64,000 bases of DNA from an uncultured archaeon (GTDB taxonomy: Archaea; Aenigmatarchaeota; Aenigmatarchaeia; CG10238-14; SCSR01): the NCBI GenBank assembly GCA_964400475.1, contig CAYNTH010000001.1, forward strand, positions 819 to 64,818, read 5' to 3'. The notes under the pieces were generated by a model that worked only from the letters and a program-made list of their open reading frames with translations, did not search any database and was not told the origin of the DNA. Position 1 is the first letter of the stretch. The number at the start of each line of letters is the position of its first letter. Position numbers and translations under genes: made by a program. Below are positions 28,945 to 39,060 of this stretch, one piece after another.

Positions 28945-30054
28945 TTACTCGTTTCTCAAATTTGAGATTTCATATCTAATTTCTTGATTATTCAATACCG
29001 AGCCACCGCAACATCCTCTGCACCTCTCGGGTATGTTCCCATTCATTAAAGTCTTTCTAAATTCATTGAATTTTTTTCCATACCATACTTCTTTTAATGA
29101 GTTTTTTCTAACAGATTCATGTTCTTGGTCAACGGGCACAGTGGTGCAAGGCCATGCCATCCCAATCGGATTTATAGATATATGATAAAACGGAAGAAAG
29201 CATGGGATTTGTGTTGAATTTTTCTCATATCTTTTGATGTCTAAATTAAGAGATTCCTTAATGTCTGGACTTTTTTCTATAAATCCCTTTTTCAAGAAAG
29301 AGTTAAGATTTGTTTTAATTTCCAATTCTTTTGAGATATTTATACCCTTTGAAATAGTCTTGTTAACTTTTTCTATTTGTCTTTTTTCAATTATCATTTT
29401 ATCTGCATCATTGCATTTTATGTCAAAAATATGGAGAGGTTTAAAGTATATTTCTTTAACATGAAGTTTCTTGGCCAATTTTATCAATTCGGACATTTCG
29501 TTAAAGTTTTTATTTGACAAAACTGGAACAAATATAATTTTTGGGTTGGTTTTATTCAAATCTTTTTTCCAACTGTTAATCAAATTTATGGACTTTATTA
29601 TTTTTTTGAAGGTCCCTTTAACACCTCTAATACGGTCTTGTGTGCTTTCTATAGGAGAATCTATACTAAATGCTATCAAATTCCAATTATTCTCTACGAA
29701 TTTTTTTGCTATTTTCGATGTGAAAAGCGTACCGTTTGTAGTCATTGTTCTATTAATTCCAGAGTTTTTAGTTATGCCGATTATTTTTTCTATCAAGTTA
29801 AATCTCGCCAATGGTTCTCCACCACCAACTATTTCAATTCTAGATACATTTAATTCGTTTGCTTCTTCCATTATTTCAATCCATCTTTTATCACTCATTT
29901 CATTGTCGTAAATTTTTTTCTTATTAACTTTCCAAACATCACAATATCTACATCTTAGATTGCATTTGAATGTTGGTCTAATTTCAAGGGTGTGTGGGTT
30001 TGTTTTTTTCCCATCTACCCATTTTAGGATTCTTCTAATTTTTTCTTTGTTCAT
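28945..30054 (-). CDS. Radical SAM enzyme with SPASM/Twitch-type tail, array paralog 14
   Basis: RPTFKCNLRCRYCD, IVGGGEPL, TTNGTL, SIDSPIESTQDRIRG. Tail: PCFLPFYHISINPIGMAWPC...RCRGCC. Confidence 0.9.
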   Translation of the reverse strand: MNKEKIRRILKWVDGKKTNPHTLEIRPTFKCNLRCRYCDVWKVNKKKIYDNEMSDKRWIEIMEEANELNVSRIEIVGGGEPLARFNLIEKIIGITKNSGINRTMTTNGTLFTSKIAKKFVENNWNLIAFSIDSPIESTQDRIRGVKGTFKKIIKSINLINSWKKDLNKTNPKIIFVPVLSNKNFNEMSELIKLAKKLHVKEIYFKPLHIFDIKCNDADKMIIEKRQIEKVNKTISKGINISKELEIKTNLNSFLKKGFIEKSPDIKESLNLDIKRYEKNSTQIPCFLPFYHISINPIGMAWPCTTVPVDQEHESVRKNSLKEVWYGKKFNEFRKTLMNGNIPERCRGCCGGSVLNNQEIRYEISNLRNE

Positions 30055-30131
30055 TAAAATATCAGTTAATTTTTATAATTAAATAAAATTCGTTTTAAAA
30101 TATATACAGGAGTAATTAAATTATAACATTA
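30055..30131. promoter_or_regulatory. Short divergent promoter region between paralogs 14 and 15
   Basis: A 77-bp AT-rich spacer with TATA-like words (tttttataatt; ttttaaaatatata) about 20-35 nt from each start. Confidence 0.3.
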
Positions 30132-31181
30132 TTGTTTGATATGTCAGAAAATAGATTAATTAAAGAATATTTAGAAGGACATCTTCCCCAACCACACAGG
30201 GTTCAATTTCACTTGACGAATAGGTGTAACCTAAAGTGTATTTTTTGTTGGCAATATTTCGATTCGAATTCCAGCAATGAATTGAGTGATGATAAATGGG
30301 TGTCCCTCTCTAAAGAGATATTTGATTTGGGTGTCAACAGATTAACGATATCTGGTGGAGGGGAGCCTCTGATACGAAAGAATGTAGTTTCTGATATCAT
30401 TAAAAACAAAAAAAATACCGAAATTGAAATTATCACGAATGGAACGTTGATATCTTCTGATATTGCAAAAACTTTTGTAGATATGGGCCTCGAAAATATA
30501 ATTTTTAGCATAGGATCACCTTTCGATAAGAAAGATAGTTTGATACGTGGCGGGGAATCATCTCTAAAAAAAACCATTAGAGGAATTGATAATATAAACT
30601 ATTGGAAGGAGAAATTTGATAGCGATATTCCTAAGACATCGATAAATATGGTAATATTAAAGCAAAATTACAATGACATATATCCAATGACGATATTTTC
30701 AGAAAAAAATAAAATAAGTAAAATAAATCTGAGAATGGTAAACGAAAAAGGAAAAGATTATCAGTCTGGAGAAGGTCTGCTCCCAACTAGGGGACAACTT
30801 GATGAGTTTTTCATGGAAATAGACAAATCTGAAAAATTAGCAAAGTCATCTGGTATAGAATTTGATATGGAATTTAATCGAGATGACATTGATTCTTATT
30901 TGACTACTAATAACAAAATAGGGAAAATCATGGAATCTCATGAAAAAATATGTTTAATTCCTTTTCACGAAATGGTTGTTTTTGCGAATGGTAATACTTC
31001 GCAATGCTGTAATTTTTTTGATGGTGATGTCAATTTTGTAGATAATATTAAAAATAAGACATTATCAGATGTTTGGTGGGGTAATAAATTTAATAGGCTA
31101 AGAGAATCTATATTAAAAAGACATCTCTCTGAGACGTGTAAAGATTGTAGCTTAGATTTATCAATTCATCAGGTTGGATAA
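30132..31181 (+). CDS. Radical SAM enzyme with SPASM/Twitch-type tail, array paralog 15 (divergent)
   Basis: HLTNRCNLKCIFCW, ISGGGEPL, ITNGTL, SIGSPFDKKDSLIRG. Tail: ICLIPFHEMVVFANGNTSQCC...TCKDC. The start is TTG 30132 or ATG 30141. Confidence 0.85.
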   Translation: MFDMSENRLIKEYLEGHLPQPHRVQFHLTNRCNLKCIFCWQYFDSNSSNELSDDKWVSLSKEIFDLGVNRLTISGGGEPLIRKNVVSDIIKNKKNTEIEIITNGTLISSDIAKTFVDMGLENIIFSIGSPFDKKDSLIRGGESSLKKTIRGIDNINYWKEKFDSDIPKTSINMVILKQNYNDIYPMTIFSEKNKISKINLRMVNEKGKDYQSGEGLLPTRGQLDEFFMEIDKSEKLAKSSGIEFDMEFNRDDIDSYLTTNNKIGKIMESHEKICLIPFHEMVVFANGNTSQCCNFFDGDVNFVDNIKNKTLSDVWWGNKFNRLRESILKRHLSETCKDCSLDLSIHQVG

Positions 31182-31249
31182 TATTTTGATTATATTAAGG
31201 AATATCGTAGAGAACCTTGTTAGTATTTTTTGATAATGGTGTTTGTATA

Positions 31250-32338
31250 ATGAAATATAGAGAATTGGGAAAAACTGGAATGAAAGTATCTGTAATTGGG
31301 TTGGGTGGTGGAGTTTTTAATGTGAATAAAGATCCAACATTAACTGTGAAAGAAGCAAGAAATGTCGTCTCTCATGCTGTTGAAAATGGAATTAATATAA
31401 TAGATACTAGTAAGGAGTATGATGAAGAATTCCTATCTAATGTCATTGATGATTTGGAAGACGAGCTCAAAATAATTACGAAATCTGAAGCTAGGTCCAG
31501 AAAAAAAATGAAAAATGATATGAAAGATAGCTTTGATAAAATGGGAAAAGATTTTGTAGATATATATCAACTTCACATGGTCAATTCAATAAAGGATTTG
31601 AATAATAGAATTGATGCAGGAGTTTTGGATGTTCTTAAGGATGCCAAACGAGATGGAACAATTGGACATATCGGAATATTCAGCCACAAAATAGATGTTC
31701 TTAAAGAAGCGATAAAGACCGACGAATTCGATGTTGTTACAACTCTTTACAATGCGGCTCATACAAAATCAGATGAACTGAATAGTCTTGGCGAAAGTTT
31801 CGATGTAGGCCTTATTGCTGCTGCACCACTTGCTAATGGAATATTGGTTTTACCGAAATATGGTAGAAAATCTGATGTTAAAGGTGACGTCAGTCAGATG
31901 AATGTTGAATCTGCACTGAAGTTCGTTTTATCGAATAAAAATTTTTCTACAGCTCTTGTAGGATCTAGAAACATGCCCCACATCAAGGAAAATGTCAAAA
32001 TGGGTGACATAAATTTTGATATATCACAGGGCGAGAGAGCTGAAATAGAAAGAAAGGTTTTGGAGTTTTTAGGTGAAGATTTTTGCAGAGGTTGTCGATA
32101 TTGTGAACCATGTGATGTTCACGGTGATAAACTCCCGATAAGCGACATACTCAAATTGAAAATCCTTTATGAAAGGTATGGATTAAAAAACTTTGCAAAG
32201 AATCAATATTTAATGAAAAAGAAAGTACATGGCATCCCTGAGTGTACAAAATGCATGAAGTGTGAAATTAAGTGCCCTTATAATGTTCCGATTGTAGATG
32301 AATTGGATGATGCTATCAGATTATTTGAAAATGGGTGA
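31250..32338 (+). CDS. Aldo/keto reductase fused to a C-terminal Fe-S (ferredoxin-like) domain
   Basis: MKYRELGKTGMKVSVIGLGG is a typical AKR N-terminus. The C-terminus has CRGCRYCEPC plus CTKCMKCEIKCP. The track start TTG 31217 is probably too far upstream. Confidence 0.85.
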   Translation: MKYRELGKTGMKVSVIGLGGGVFNVNKDPTLTVKEARNVVSHAVENGINIIDTSKEYDEEFLSNVIDDLEDELKIITKSEARSRKKMKNDMKDSFDKMGKDFVDIYQLHMVNSIKDLNNRIDAGVLDVLKDAKRDGTIGHIGIFSHKIDVLKEAIKTDEFDVVTTLYNAAHTKSDELNSLGESFDVGLIAAAPLANGILVLPKYGRKSDVKGDVSQMNVESALKFVLSNKNFSTALVGSRNMPHIKENVKMGDINFDISQGERAEIERKVLEFLGEDFCRGCRYCEPCDVHGDKLPISDILKLKILYERYGLKNFAKNQYLMKKKVHGIPECTKCMKCEIKCPYNVPIVDELDDAIRLFENG

Positions 32339-32342
32339 TTAG

Positions 32343-33965
32343 ATGAAATATAAAGAATTGGGAAGGACCGGGTTGAAAGTTTCCGTTTTAGGAATAGGTG
32401 GTGGTGCATTTTATGGCCCCAACAAAACCCATGAAAAGGTCAGAAAAATAATAGAATATGGTGTTAATCACGGTGTTAATTTTATAGAGACAGCTGAAGA
32501 ATACGATGAGACTAAAATTGGAAATGCTCTGAAAAATGTCAATAAGGATTTGATAATCGCGTCTAAATCGTGTGCACATACACCAGAGATAATGGAAACC
32601 GCTTTGAATAATAGTATTAAGAAAATAGGTAAAAATATCGATATTTACATGTTGCAGACTGTTATGACTTCTGATCAATTGAAGACTAGAATAGGTAATG
32701 GTACTTTAGATGTGTTAAAACATGCTAAGAAAAATGGCAAAATTAAATCTATTGGAATCACAGGTCATAGGATATCCACATTAATAGAAGCGATAAAGAC
32801 CGACGAATTCGATGTTGTCGAAGTTCCTTACAGTATAGGTCAGTTTAAAAGCGAAGAACTTTTTGAAGTTGCTGAAAAGTATGGTGTGGGTGTTATTGCT
32901 ATAACTCCTTTGGCTGGTGGAGTATTAATTGATAGAGATGGTAATAGTGATGCATCTGATTTTATGAATGCTAAAAATGCAATCGGTTACGTCATTTCTA
33001 ATAATCATGTATCAACTACTTTAGTTGGTATGAGTTCAATTGAACATATAAAAGAGAATATACAGGTAATTGATAATTATATTGATATTTCCCAAGAAGA
33101 TCGGAGATACATAGAAGAAAAAGTTATAGAATTCCTTGGAGATAATTTTTGCAGAAGTTGTAAGGCGTGCATGCCTTGTAGTAAATATGGTTGGAATTTT
33201 TCAATAGATAATTTTCTCAGATTTAAGACATTTTATTTAAAATATGGGATTGATGCTTTTGCTGAAGAATATTGGAAATTGGACTTAAAGGCCAATGAAT
33301 GTATAGAATGTGGGGGTTGTATTAATAGATGTCCTTACGGAGTTGATATAATTCAAGAGTTAAACAAAACTCACAAAATTTTTAGAGAGAAATTAGATGA
33401 CGTATCTAAGGATATAATTGGTAAAATAAATGATAAGAAAGATGAAATTGAGCGGACTCTTAAAGATTTAAAGGGTAAAATACCTCCAGATTTATACGAC
33501 GAGATGAAACAAATTTGTGATTTAAATTCTGTAGAGAAATCTCTTGGAGAGATTTTTGATATGAAGAAAGAAGAGCAGATAAGGGATTTGAGAAAAATTT
33601 TAGATCAAATTAATGAAATAAAATCCAAAATGGATAATCTCGGCGGTATTAGAGAGAATATAGAAAAAACAAGAAAGGTTAGCGAATTGATAGATTCAGT
33701 TTCAAGAACAATTCAAGAAGAGGGGGCCAAAGTTTTTTCTCATCAAGATGTCCTTGAAAGGATAAATCAGATTCATGAAAGCGTTTGTAAAGTCTATAAA
33801 ACTAAAAATATACAAGATGAAGAAATAATACGTGAATATATAAGACTTAATACTCTTCATCAAAAAGCTATGATGGAAAAAGATTCCGTTCAAAAAGGAA
33901 AGATGATGGACGATGTATTGATGAGAAACATAAAATTGCTCCAAAAAATAAAATTTTTGGATTAG
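32343..33965 (+). CDS. Aldo/keto reductase with Fe-S domain and a ~170 aa C-terminal coiled-coil extension
   Basis: MKYKELGRTGLKVSVLGIGGG, CRSCKACMPC, CIECGGCINRCP, then a K/E-rich helical tail. Confidence 0.85.
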   Translation: MKYKELGRTGLKVSVLGIGGGAFYGPNKTHEKVRKIIEYGVNHGVNFIETAEEYDETKIGNALKNVNKDLIIASKSCAHTPEIMETALNNSIKKIGKNIDIYMLQTVMTSDQLKTRIGNGTLDVLKHAKKNGKIKSIGITGHRISTLIEAIKTDEFDVVEVPYSIGQFKSEELFEVAEKYGVGVIAITPLAGGVLIDRDGNSDASDFMNAKNAIGYVISNNHVSTTLVGMSSIEHIKENIQVIDNYIDISQEDRRYIEEKVIEFLGDNFCRSCKACMPCSKYGWNFSIDNFLRFKTFYLKYGIDAFAEEYWKLDLKANECIECGGCINRCPYGVDIIQELNKTHKIFREKLDDVSKDIIGKINDKKDEIERTLKDLKGKIPPDLYDEMKQICDLNSVEKSLGEIFDMKKEEQIRDLRKILDQINEIKSKMDNLGGIRENIEKTRKVSELIDSVSRTIQEEGAKVFSHQDVLERINQIHESVCKVYKTKNIQDEEIIREYIRLNTLHQKAMMEKDSVQKGKMMDDVLMRNIKLLQKIKFLD

Positions 33966-33972
33966 TATTTGT

Positions 33973-34350
33973 ATGTTAGATAAAATATTTTTTTTAGGAA
34001 ATAAGGATAAGAAAAAAGAAGATTTTATTAGAGGAGTTAAAGAAGCATCATTAAAATCGGATATAATGATGAATGAAACTGATAAAAATCTAAAATATGA
34101 AGCTATGATTGTATTGATGAATGACTTGGAAATTTTGGGGGCCCGTGATATTAGTTATGATACTGTTAGAGATTATTTAAGGAAAAAATCATGGAATAAT
34201 ATAAATTCGAAAATGTTGGGAAATTTTCTTAATAAGATGAAAAGCGATGATTTTGAAAAGTCAGTTACTGATTGGATACTTGAGGTATGCCCAGAAGAAG
34301 ATAAAATTATTTATATGAATGCACTTAATGCACTTAATACTAAATTTTAA
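33973..34350 (+). CDS. Hypothetical protein (125 aa)
   Basis: ORF only. It is co-directional with the AKR genes. I recognise no motif. Confidence 0.4.
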   Translation: MLDKIFFLGNKDKKKEDFIRGVKEASLKSDIMMNETDKNLKYEAMIVLMNDLEILGARDISYDTVRDYLRKKSWNNINSKMLGNFLNKMKSDDFEKSVTDWILEVCPEEDKIIYMNALNALNTKF

Positions 34351-34358
34351 TTATTTTT

Positions 34359-35453
34359 TCAGTCGTTCAATATTTTTCTCGGTAAGATACTCATGTCCAA
34401 TGCCATTGTTGCACAGCATGATTTGCATTTTTCAAGGAGTTTTCCACTCTCCAATGTTTTCCTGTATTTTTCGAAATATTCGCTTTTCCACATATCTTTT
34501 AAGCGTTTATTTCTGATATTTTCTCCCTTTTCATTCCATAGTACAGAACACGGGTGTGTAAACCCTTCTGCGTTAATACATATTTTTAACCATGGCGAAA
34601 AGCATGGAATCGAAAAGAAATCACCATTTCCTTTATCTACACTCGTTTCAATGATTTTAGGTATGTTGTCATTTTGTTGTATAATATTATTTGTTTCTTG
34701 AAAATTATTTTCAATTTCATAAGCATTTGCCAATGATATCAATTCGTCTAAATTAGTAGCGATTCTTTTTCTATTTTCTCTGTCTAATTTGAGATCTTTT
34801 CCAACTTCATCATGAATTGCAAGAGGTTGAATTATGAATGCATTTACTCCAATTTTTTTAGATAGTTTCAATGTTTCTTCAATTTTATCATAGTTTTTGT
34901 TTGTCAACACATACCCTATTACAATTTTTGGTTTCGTCGATCCATTTTTCTCTTTCAATTTTGATAAAATTTCTATATTTTTTGTCATTTTTTCAAATGC
35001 TCCCTCTTTACATACAATCTTATCATGTGTTTCAGCATCCGGTCCATGTAAGCTGAAAACTATGTCATCCCATTTTATATCAACTATTAGCTTTAGATTT
35101 TCTTTTGTGATTAGTGTGCCGTTGGTAACTATCCATCCTTTCATTCCACTCTCTTTGATTTTTTTCATGGCTGTCATGGTTTTTTTTGGTACAGAGAATG
35201 GTTCACCAAGACACCCTATATCCACTCGTTTAATTCCTAATTCACTTGCTTGAAGTATAATATCAACGATTTCTTTTTCGTTCAATTCGTTCTTAGGATT
35301 TATTACTTCGGGTTTTAAGTTTCTTCTCCCACACATTAAACAATTTAAGTTACATTTTCTGGTTAAACTCATATATAGAAAATATGGTTCAGCTTGGTCG
35401 CCATTTGCCCATTTTATTAAATTCTTTGCAATTTCTTTATTCATCCGATTCAA
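34359..35453 (-). CDS. Radical SAM enzyme with SPASM/Twitch-type tail, array paralog 16 (degenerate GGEP)
   Basis: SLTRKCNLNCLMCG; the GGEP position reads IGCLGEPF; VTNGTL; SLHGPDAETHDKIV. Tail: PCFSPWLKICINAEGFTHPC...KCKSCC. Confidence 0.85.
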   Translation of the reverse strand: MNRMNKEIAKNLIKWANGDQAEPYFLYMSLTRKCNLNCLMCGRRNLKPEVINPKNELNEKEIVDIILQASELGIKRVDIGCLGEPFSVPKKTMTAMKKIKESGMKGWIVTNGTLITKENLKLIVDIKWDDIVFSLHGPDAETHDKIVCKEGAFEKMTKNIEILSKLKEKNGSTKPKIVIGYVLTNKNYDKIEETLKLSKKIGVNAFIIQPLAIHDEVGKDLKLDRENRKRIATNLDELISLANAYEIENNFQETNNIIQQNDNIPKIIETSVDKGNGDFFSIPCFSPWLKICINAEGFTHPCSVLWNEKGENIRNKRLKDMWKSEYFEKYRKTLESGKLLEKCKSCCATMALDMSILPRKILND

Positions 35454-35456
35454 CTT

Positions 35457-36521
35457 TTAACTGAAATAATGCAATAATCTATTTCTAATCGTTTTTGTTC
35501 TGTGTGACATTTCCAATGGACAATTCAGACACTGATCTTTTAATTTGTCCTTGAGAATATTTTTTCTTATTTTCTGCATGTGTTTACTTAACCACATGTC
35601 CATTATGTTTTGAGTTTTCATACTATCTTTACTTTTATTACAATATGTTGTGCAGCACGGTCCTACTTTTCCATTCGATATTATTTGCATATAATACCAA
35701 GGCTCGTAACATTTTAAATTGAGAATTTTATTTTCATACTTTTTAGGTCCGATATTCATCTTGTTTGTATTTTTTACTGTGGTTTCGGACATTTTCATCG
35801 TATTCTCTAAATTTATACTCTTCATAAATTCAGTCATTTCTCTTTCTTGACCGTGATTTAATTTTAGTTTTTCTGCTTCCGGTGTAGTATCATTTAATTG
35901 GAGGAAATTTACATCACAATCGTATTTTTTTGCCAATTCTAGTAACTTCTTTAGTTTGTTATAATTCCTATTTGTGACAACTGTGCTGAAAGATATTTTA
36001 GGATAATCGATATTGAATTTCTTTTTCAGAGAAGAAAAAACATTCAGAGATTTTAGTATTTTGTCAAAAGCCCCATCAACCCCTCTCAGATAATCATGCG
36101 TTTCAGCATCCGGGCCATCCACACTTATTTCTACATGTTCCCACCCAGTCTTTACTATAAGAGATATGATATGTTCGTCAAAAAGTGTACCATTCGTGGT
36201 CAAGTATCCAATCATCCCCATAGATTTTATTTTTTCGATCATTGATATTGCACGGTTTCTATAGAAAAGTGGTTCACCCCCACCAACTAATCTAATTTTT
36301 TTGACTCCCAATTTGCCAGCTTCCTCTATTATTTCAACCCATCTTCTTGTAGAAAGTTCATTTTCATAATCGATAAATGAATCTTTATCATCCCTTTTTT
36401 TCCTGTAATCACAAAATAAGCAATTTAAATTACATCTAAATGTTGGCCATAATTCTATCGTGTGTGGTGGAGACTGGGAATCGTTGAACCATTTTAATAT
36501 TTTTGCAATTTTTTCGTCCAT
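35457..36521 (-). CDS. Radical SAM enzyme with SPASM/Twitch-type tail, array paralog 17
   Basis: WPTFRCNLNCLFCD, LVGGGEPL, TTNGTL, SVDGPDAETHDYLRGVDGAFDK. Tail: KCYEPWYYMQIISNGKVGPCC...QCLNC. Confidence 0.9.
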   Translation of the reverse strand: MDEKIAKILKWFNDSQSPPHTIELWPTFRCNLNCLFCDYRKKRDDKDSFIDYENELSTRRWVEIIEEAGKLGVKKIRLVGGGEPLFYRNRAISMIEKIKSMGMIGYLTTNGTLFDEHIISLIVKTGWEHVEISVDGPDAETHDYLRGVDGAFDKILKSLNVFSSLKKKFNIDYPKISFSTVVTNRNYNKLKKLLELAKKYDCDVNFLQLNDTTPEAEKLKLNHGQEREMTEFMKSINLENTMKMSETTVKNTNKMNIGPKKYENKILNLKCYEPWYYMQIISNGKVGPCCTTYCNKSKDSMKTQNIMDMWLSKHMQKIRKNILKDKLKDQCLNCPLEMSHRTKTIRNRLLHYFS

Positions 36522-36566
36522 AATCTTCTAGAAATTTATTTGTTTATTACAAAAATAAAAGAATGT

Positions 36567-37673
36567 TTATTGTAATTCAGACTTCAATTTTTCACTAAGC
36601 ATTTTATTAATTGGTAGATGGGTTGATACACAGTTCTCACAATCTTCAGGAAGATCTCTATCCATGATCCTTCTTCTGAATTCGTTGAATTCTTTCCCAT
36701 ACCATATCTCGCTGAACGTCTTGTTTTTAATGTTGATTTTTAGAGGTACTGTGGAACATGGCCATACATCCCCGTTTGCCTCTATTTTGGGCCATAACCA
36801 CGGTTCATAACAAGGTAGATTCATGAATGGGTCGGTATTTTCGACGTTTTCAACACTGGACAATATCTGTTCTTTAAATTCACCTGTTTTTTCGATGTAT
36901 TTGACTTTTTTTAATTTGTTGAAGTTGGTGGATATTTTAAACTTATCTGCTAGTTTTATGGATTCTGGTATAATTTTTTTAAAAAACATTTCTCTATTTC
37001 TTTTATTGAGCTTTAATTCTAGTGTATTGGGATTATTTACACATATCGGTTCTAAATTCAGATGATTTATAGATATTTTTTTACACAGTTTTATCATATC
37101 TGATATTTTATCATAATTTTTGTTGCACAGCACTGACGTTATTTCTATAATAGGCTTTTCAGATGACGTTTTAGATTTCATTTTATTGAATTTTTCTATA
37201 TTCTCTATAGCTTTGTCAAAAGCCCCATCAACCCCTCTCAGATAATCATGCGTTTCAGCATCCGGGCCATCTATACTGAACATGATATTATCCCATCCCA
37301 TATCAACTGTCTTCTCTATGAGTTCATCGGTCCATAAAGTACCGTTGTTTATTAACCGTCCAGAAAGACCATTTCTTTTGATAATTCCCATCATTTTAAT
37401 AGTTGTTTTTGGTTCGCAAAGTGGTTCTCCGCCACCACTAATTAATATCTGATTTGTATCCATTTCACATATTTCTTCTACCGTTTCCAACCATTTTTTC
37501 TCTGTTACAGAGTTTGTTAAATCATATTCTTTTAATTGCTGATAACAAAAAATGCATCTTAAATTACATTTGTTGGTAGGATATATTTGGACAGTTTCAG
37601 GAGACGCCTTCCCACCCTTCGCCCATTTACGAAGTCTAGATATACTGTTTTTCATTTTAGACATAAACTCCAA
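36567..37673 (-). CDS. Radical SAM enzyme with SPASM/Twitch-type tail, array paralog 18
   Basis: YPTNKCNLRCIFCY, ISGGGEPL, INNGTL, SIDGPDAETHDYLRGVDGAFDKA. Tail: PCYEPWLWPKIEANGDVWPC...DCENC. Confidence 0.9.
   Translation of the reverse strand: MEFMSKMKNSISRLRKWAKGGKASPETVQIYPTNKCNLRCIFCYQQLKEYDLTNSVTEKKWLETVEEICEMDTNQILISGGGEPLCEPKTTIKMMGIIKRNGLSGRLINNGTLWTDELIEKTVDMGWDNIMFSIDGPDAETHDYLRGVDGAFDKAIENIEKFNKMKSKTSSEKPIIEITSVLCNKNYDKISDMIKLCKKISINHLNLEPICVNNPNTLELKLNKRNREMFFKKIIPESIKLADKFKISTNFNKLKKVKYIEKTGEFKEQILSSVENVENTDPFMNLPCYEPWLWPKIEANGDVWPCSTVPLKINIKNKTFSEIWYGKEFNEFRRRIMDRDLPEDCENCVSTHLPINKMLSEKLKSELQ
37198..37346. repeat. 149-bp perfect identity tract shared by paralogs 18 and 22 (partner 41896-42044)
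   Basis: atattctctatagctttgtcaaaagcccc...ggtccataaagtaccgtt is identical in both genes. On the minus strand it encodes TLWTDELIEKTVDMGWDNIMFSIDGPDAETHDYLRGVDGAFDKAIENI. Confidence 0.9.
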
Positions 37674-39060
37674 ATATTTTTTTTATTTTCTTTCCTAATC
37701 TAGTTTTTCCTATTTTACTTCCTAGTTTAAAACTGATAGAATTTTTAATTTTTTCAAGTTCCTTTTCCTTGATTTCTAAAGATTTTATTCTCTTAAAATC
37801 GCTAAATGTACCTTTCATATTCGATTGAAATAATTCTCTTTTTAAATCCATATTTTCCTTTAGAAGATCCAATATTTTTTTTCTCATGTAACCCATATCA
37901 CGATATCTAATTATACTTCTTCTCATTTCTCTAGTATCTTCTATCACATTTGGTCTACACATTTTACAATAAGACGGTAAATTACCTTTTACGAATTTTT
38001 TTCTTATTTTTTCCATAGTGCTGCCAGTCCAAACATCTTTTAAACTCTTATTTCTAATATTGTCATCTACTTCTTTGCATTCACCACAGTGTATTACAGA
38101 ACCATCCGTTCTAATCATAAGAAAAAACCAAGGATAATAACATGGTATTGACAAGATTTCATCTTCTGAATATTCTGCCGCATCTTTGATTAGGATTTCC
38201 CTTATGTCACTTGTTTTTCCTATTAGTTCTTTCTGAAATTCTTTTTCAGGTGTTATACAAGTTATTGTAGGTGAAATGCAATAATCGTCTGCCAATTTTT
38301 TGGTCTTTTCTATTATTTCAGGTAATTCTTCGATTTCTTTATCAGTTAGTTTTAGTTCATCCCCCAGCGGTCCATATGATATCATAGGTTCTACAAATAT
38401 GGAATCTGCTCCCAATTCACTTGCTAGCTTTATCATGTCTGGTAGTTTTTTATAGTTCAATTTATTCAGAACAACATTTAATGTTATACATGGTGTTCCC
38501 TTATTCAATTTTTTCCTCCATTTATCAAACAATTTCACTGTTTTCGTGGCTTTTTCATATGTCCCCTCAACCCCTCTAATATAATCATGCGTCTCAGCAT
38601 CTGGGGCATCTATACTCACACAAATACTATCCCATCCAAGTTCGACCGTCTTTTTTACATCCTTTTCATCCCACAAAGTTCCATTCGTTGTTAGCTCCCC
38701 AAAAATATCATAAGTCTTTAGAACTTCCATAACTTTGAATAGTGTTTTTCGTTTGCACATTGGTTCGCTGATCCCAGAGATATTCCACGATTTAGTTCCC
38801 ATTTCCCCCGATTCTTTGGCGATTTCTACCCATCTCTTAGTACTCATTTCTATTTTTTTCGATTCTTCCGTTAGATTAGTTTTTGATGTTTTTCTAGAAC
38901 ACATCCTACAATCTAAATTGCATCTTCTGTGTAGTTCCGCATCTATGCGCATTGGCCCCCGTTTTTTTCCCTTGAACCAGTCTTCCATACGAAATGCGTA
39001 TTCTTCCATCCACAACATGTTCTTAAAAATTAATACATTTGTAAGTAAATCTTCTGGCAA
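37657..39060 (-). CDS. Radical SAM enzyme, array paralog 19 (ELHRRCNL subfamily), fused to a C-terminal coiled-coil plus NSISFKLG tail
   Basis: ELHRRCNLDCRMCS; the GGEP position reads ISGISEPM; TTNGTL; SIDAPDAETHDYIRGVEG. Tail: PCYYPWFFLMIRTDGSVIHCGEC...YCKMC. A ~100 aa extension ends in EKELEKIKNSISFKLGSKIGKTRLGKKIKKIF. Confidence 0.85.
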   Translation of the reverse strand: MPEDLLTNVLIFKNMLWMEEYAFRMEDWFKGKKRGPMRIDAELHRRCNLDCRMCSRKTSKTNLTEESKKIEMSTKRWVEIAKESGEMGTKSWNISGISEPMCKRKTLFKVMEVLKTYDIFGELTTNGTLWDEKDVKKTVELGWDSICVSIDAPDAETHDYIRGVEGTYEKATKTVKLFDKWRKKLNKGTPCITLNVVLNKLNYKKLPDMIKLASELGADSIFVEPMISYGPLGDELKLTDKEIEELPEIIEKTKKLADDYCISPTITCITPEKEFQKELIGKTSDIREILIKDAAEYSEDEILSIPCYYPWFFLMIRTDGSVIHCGECKEVDDNIRNKSLKDVWTGSTMEKIRKKFVKGNLPSYCKMCRPNVIEDTREMRRSIIRYRDMGYMRKKILDLLKENMDLKRELFQSNMKGTFSDFKRIKSLEIKEKELEKIKNSISFKLGSKIGKTRLGKKIKKIFGVYV

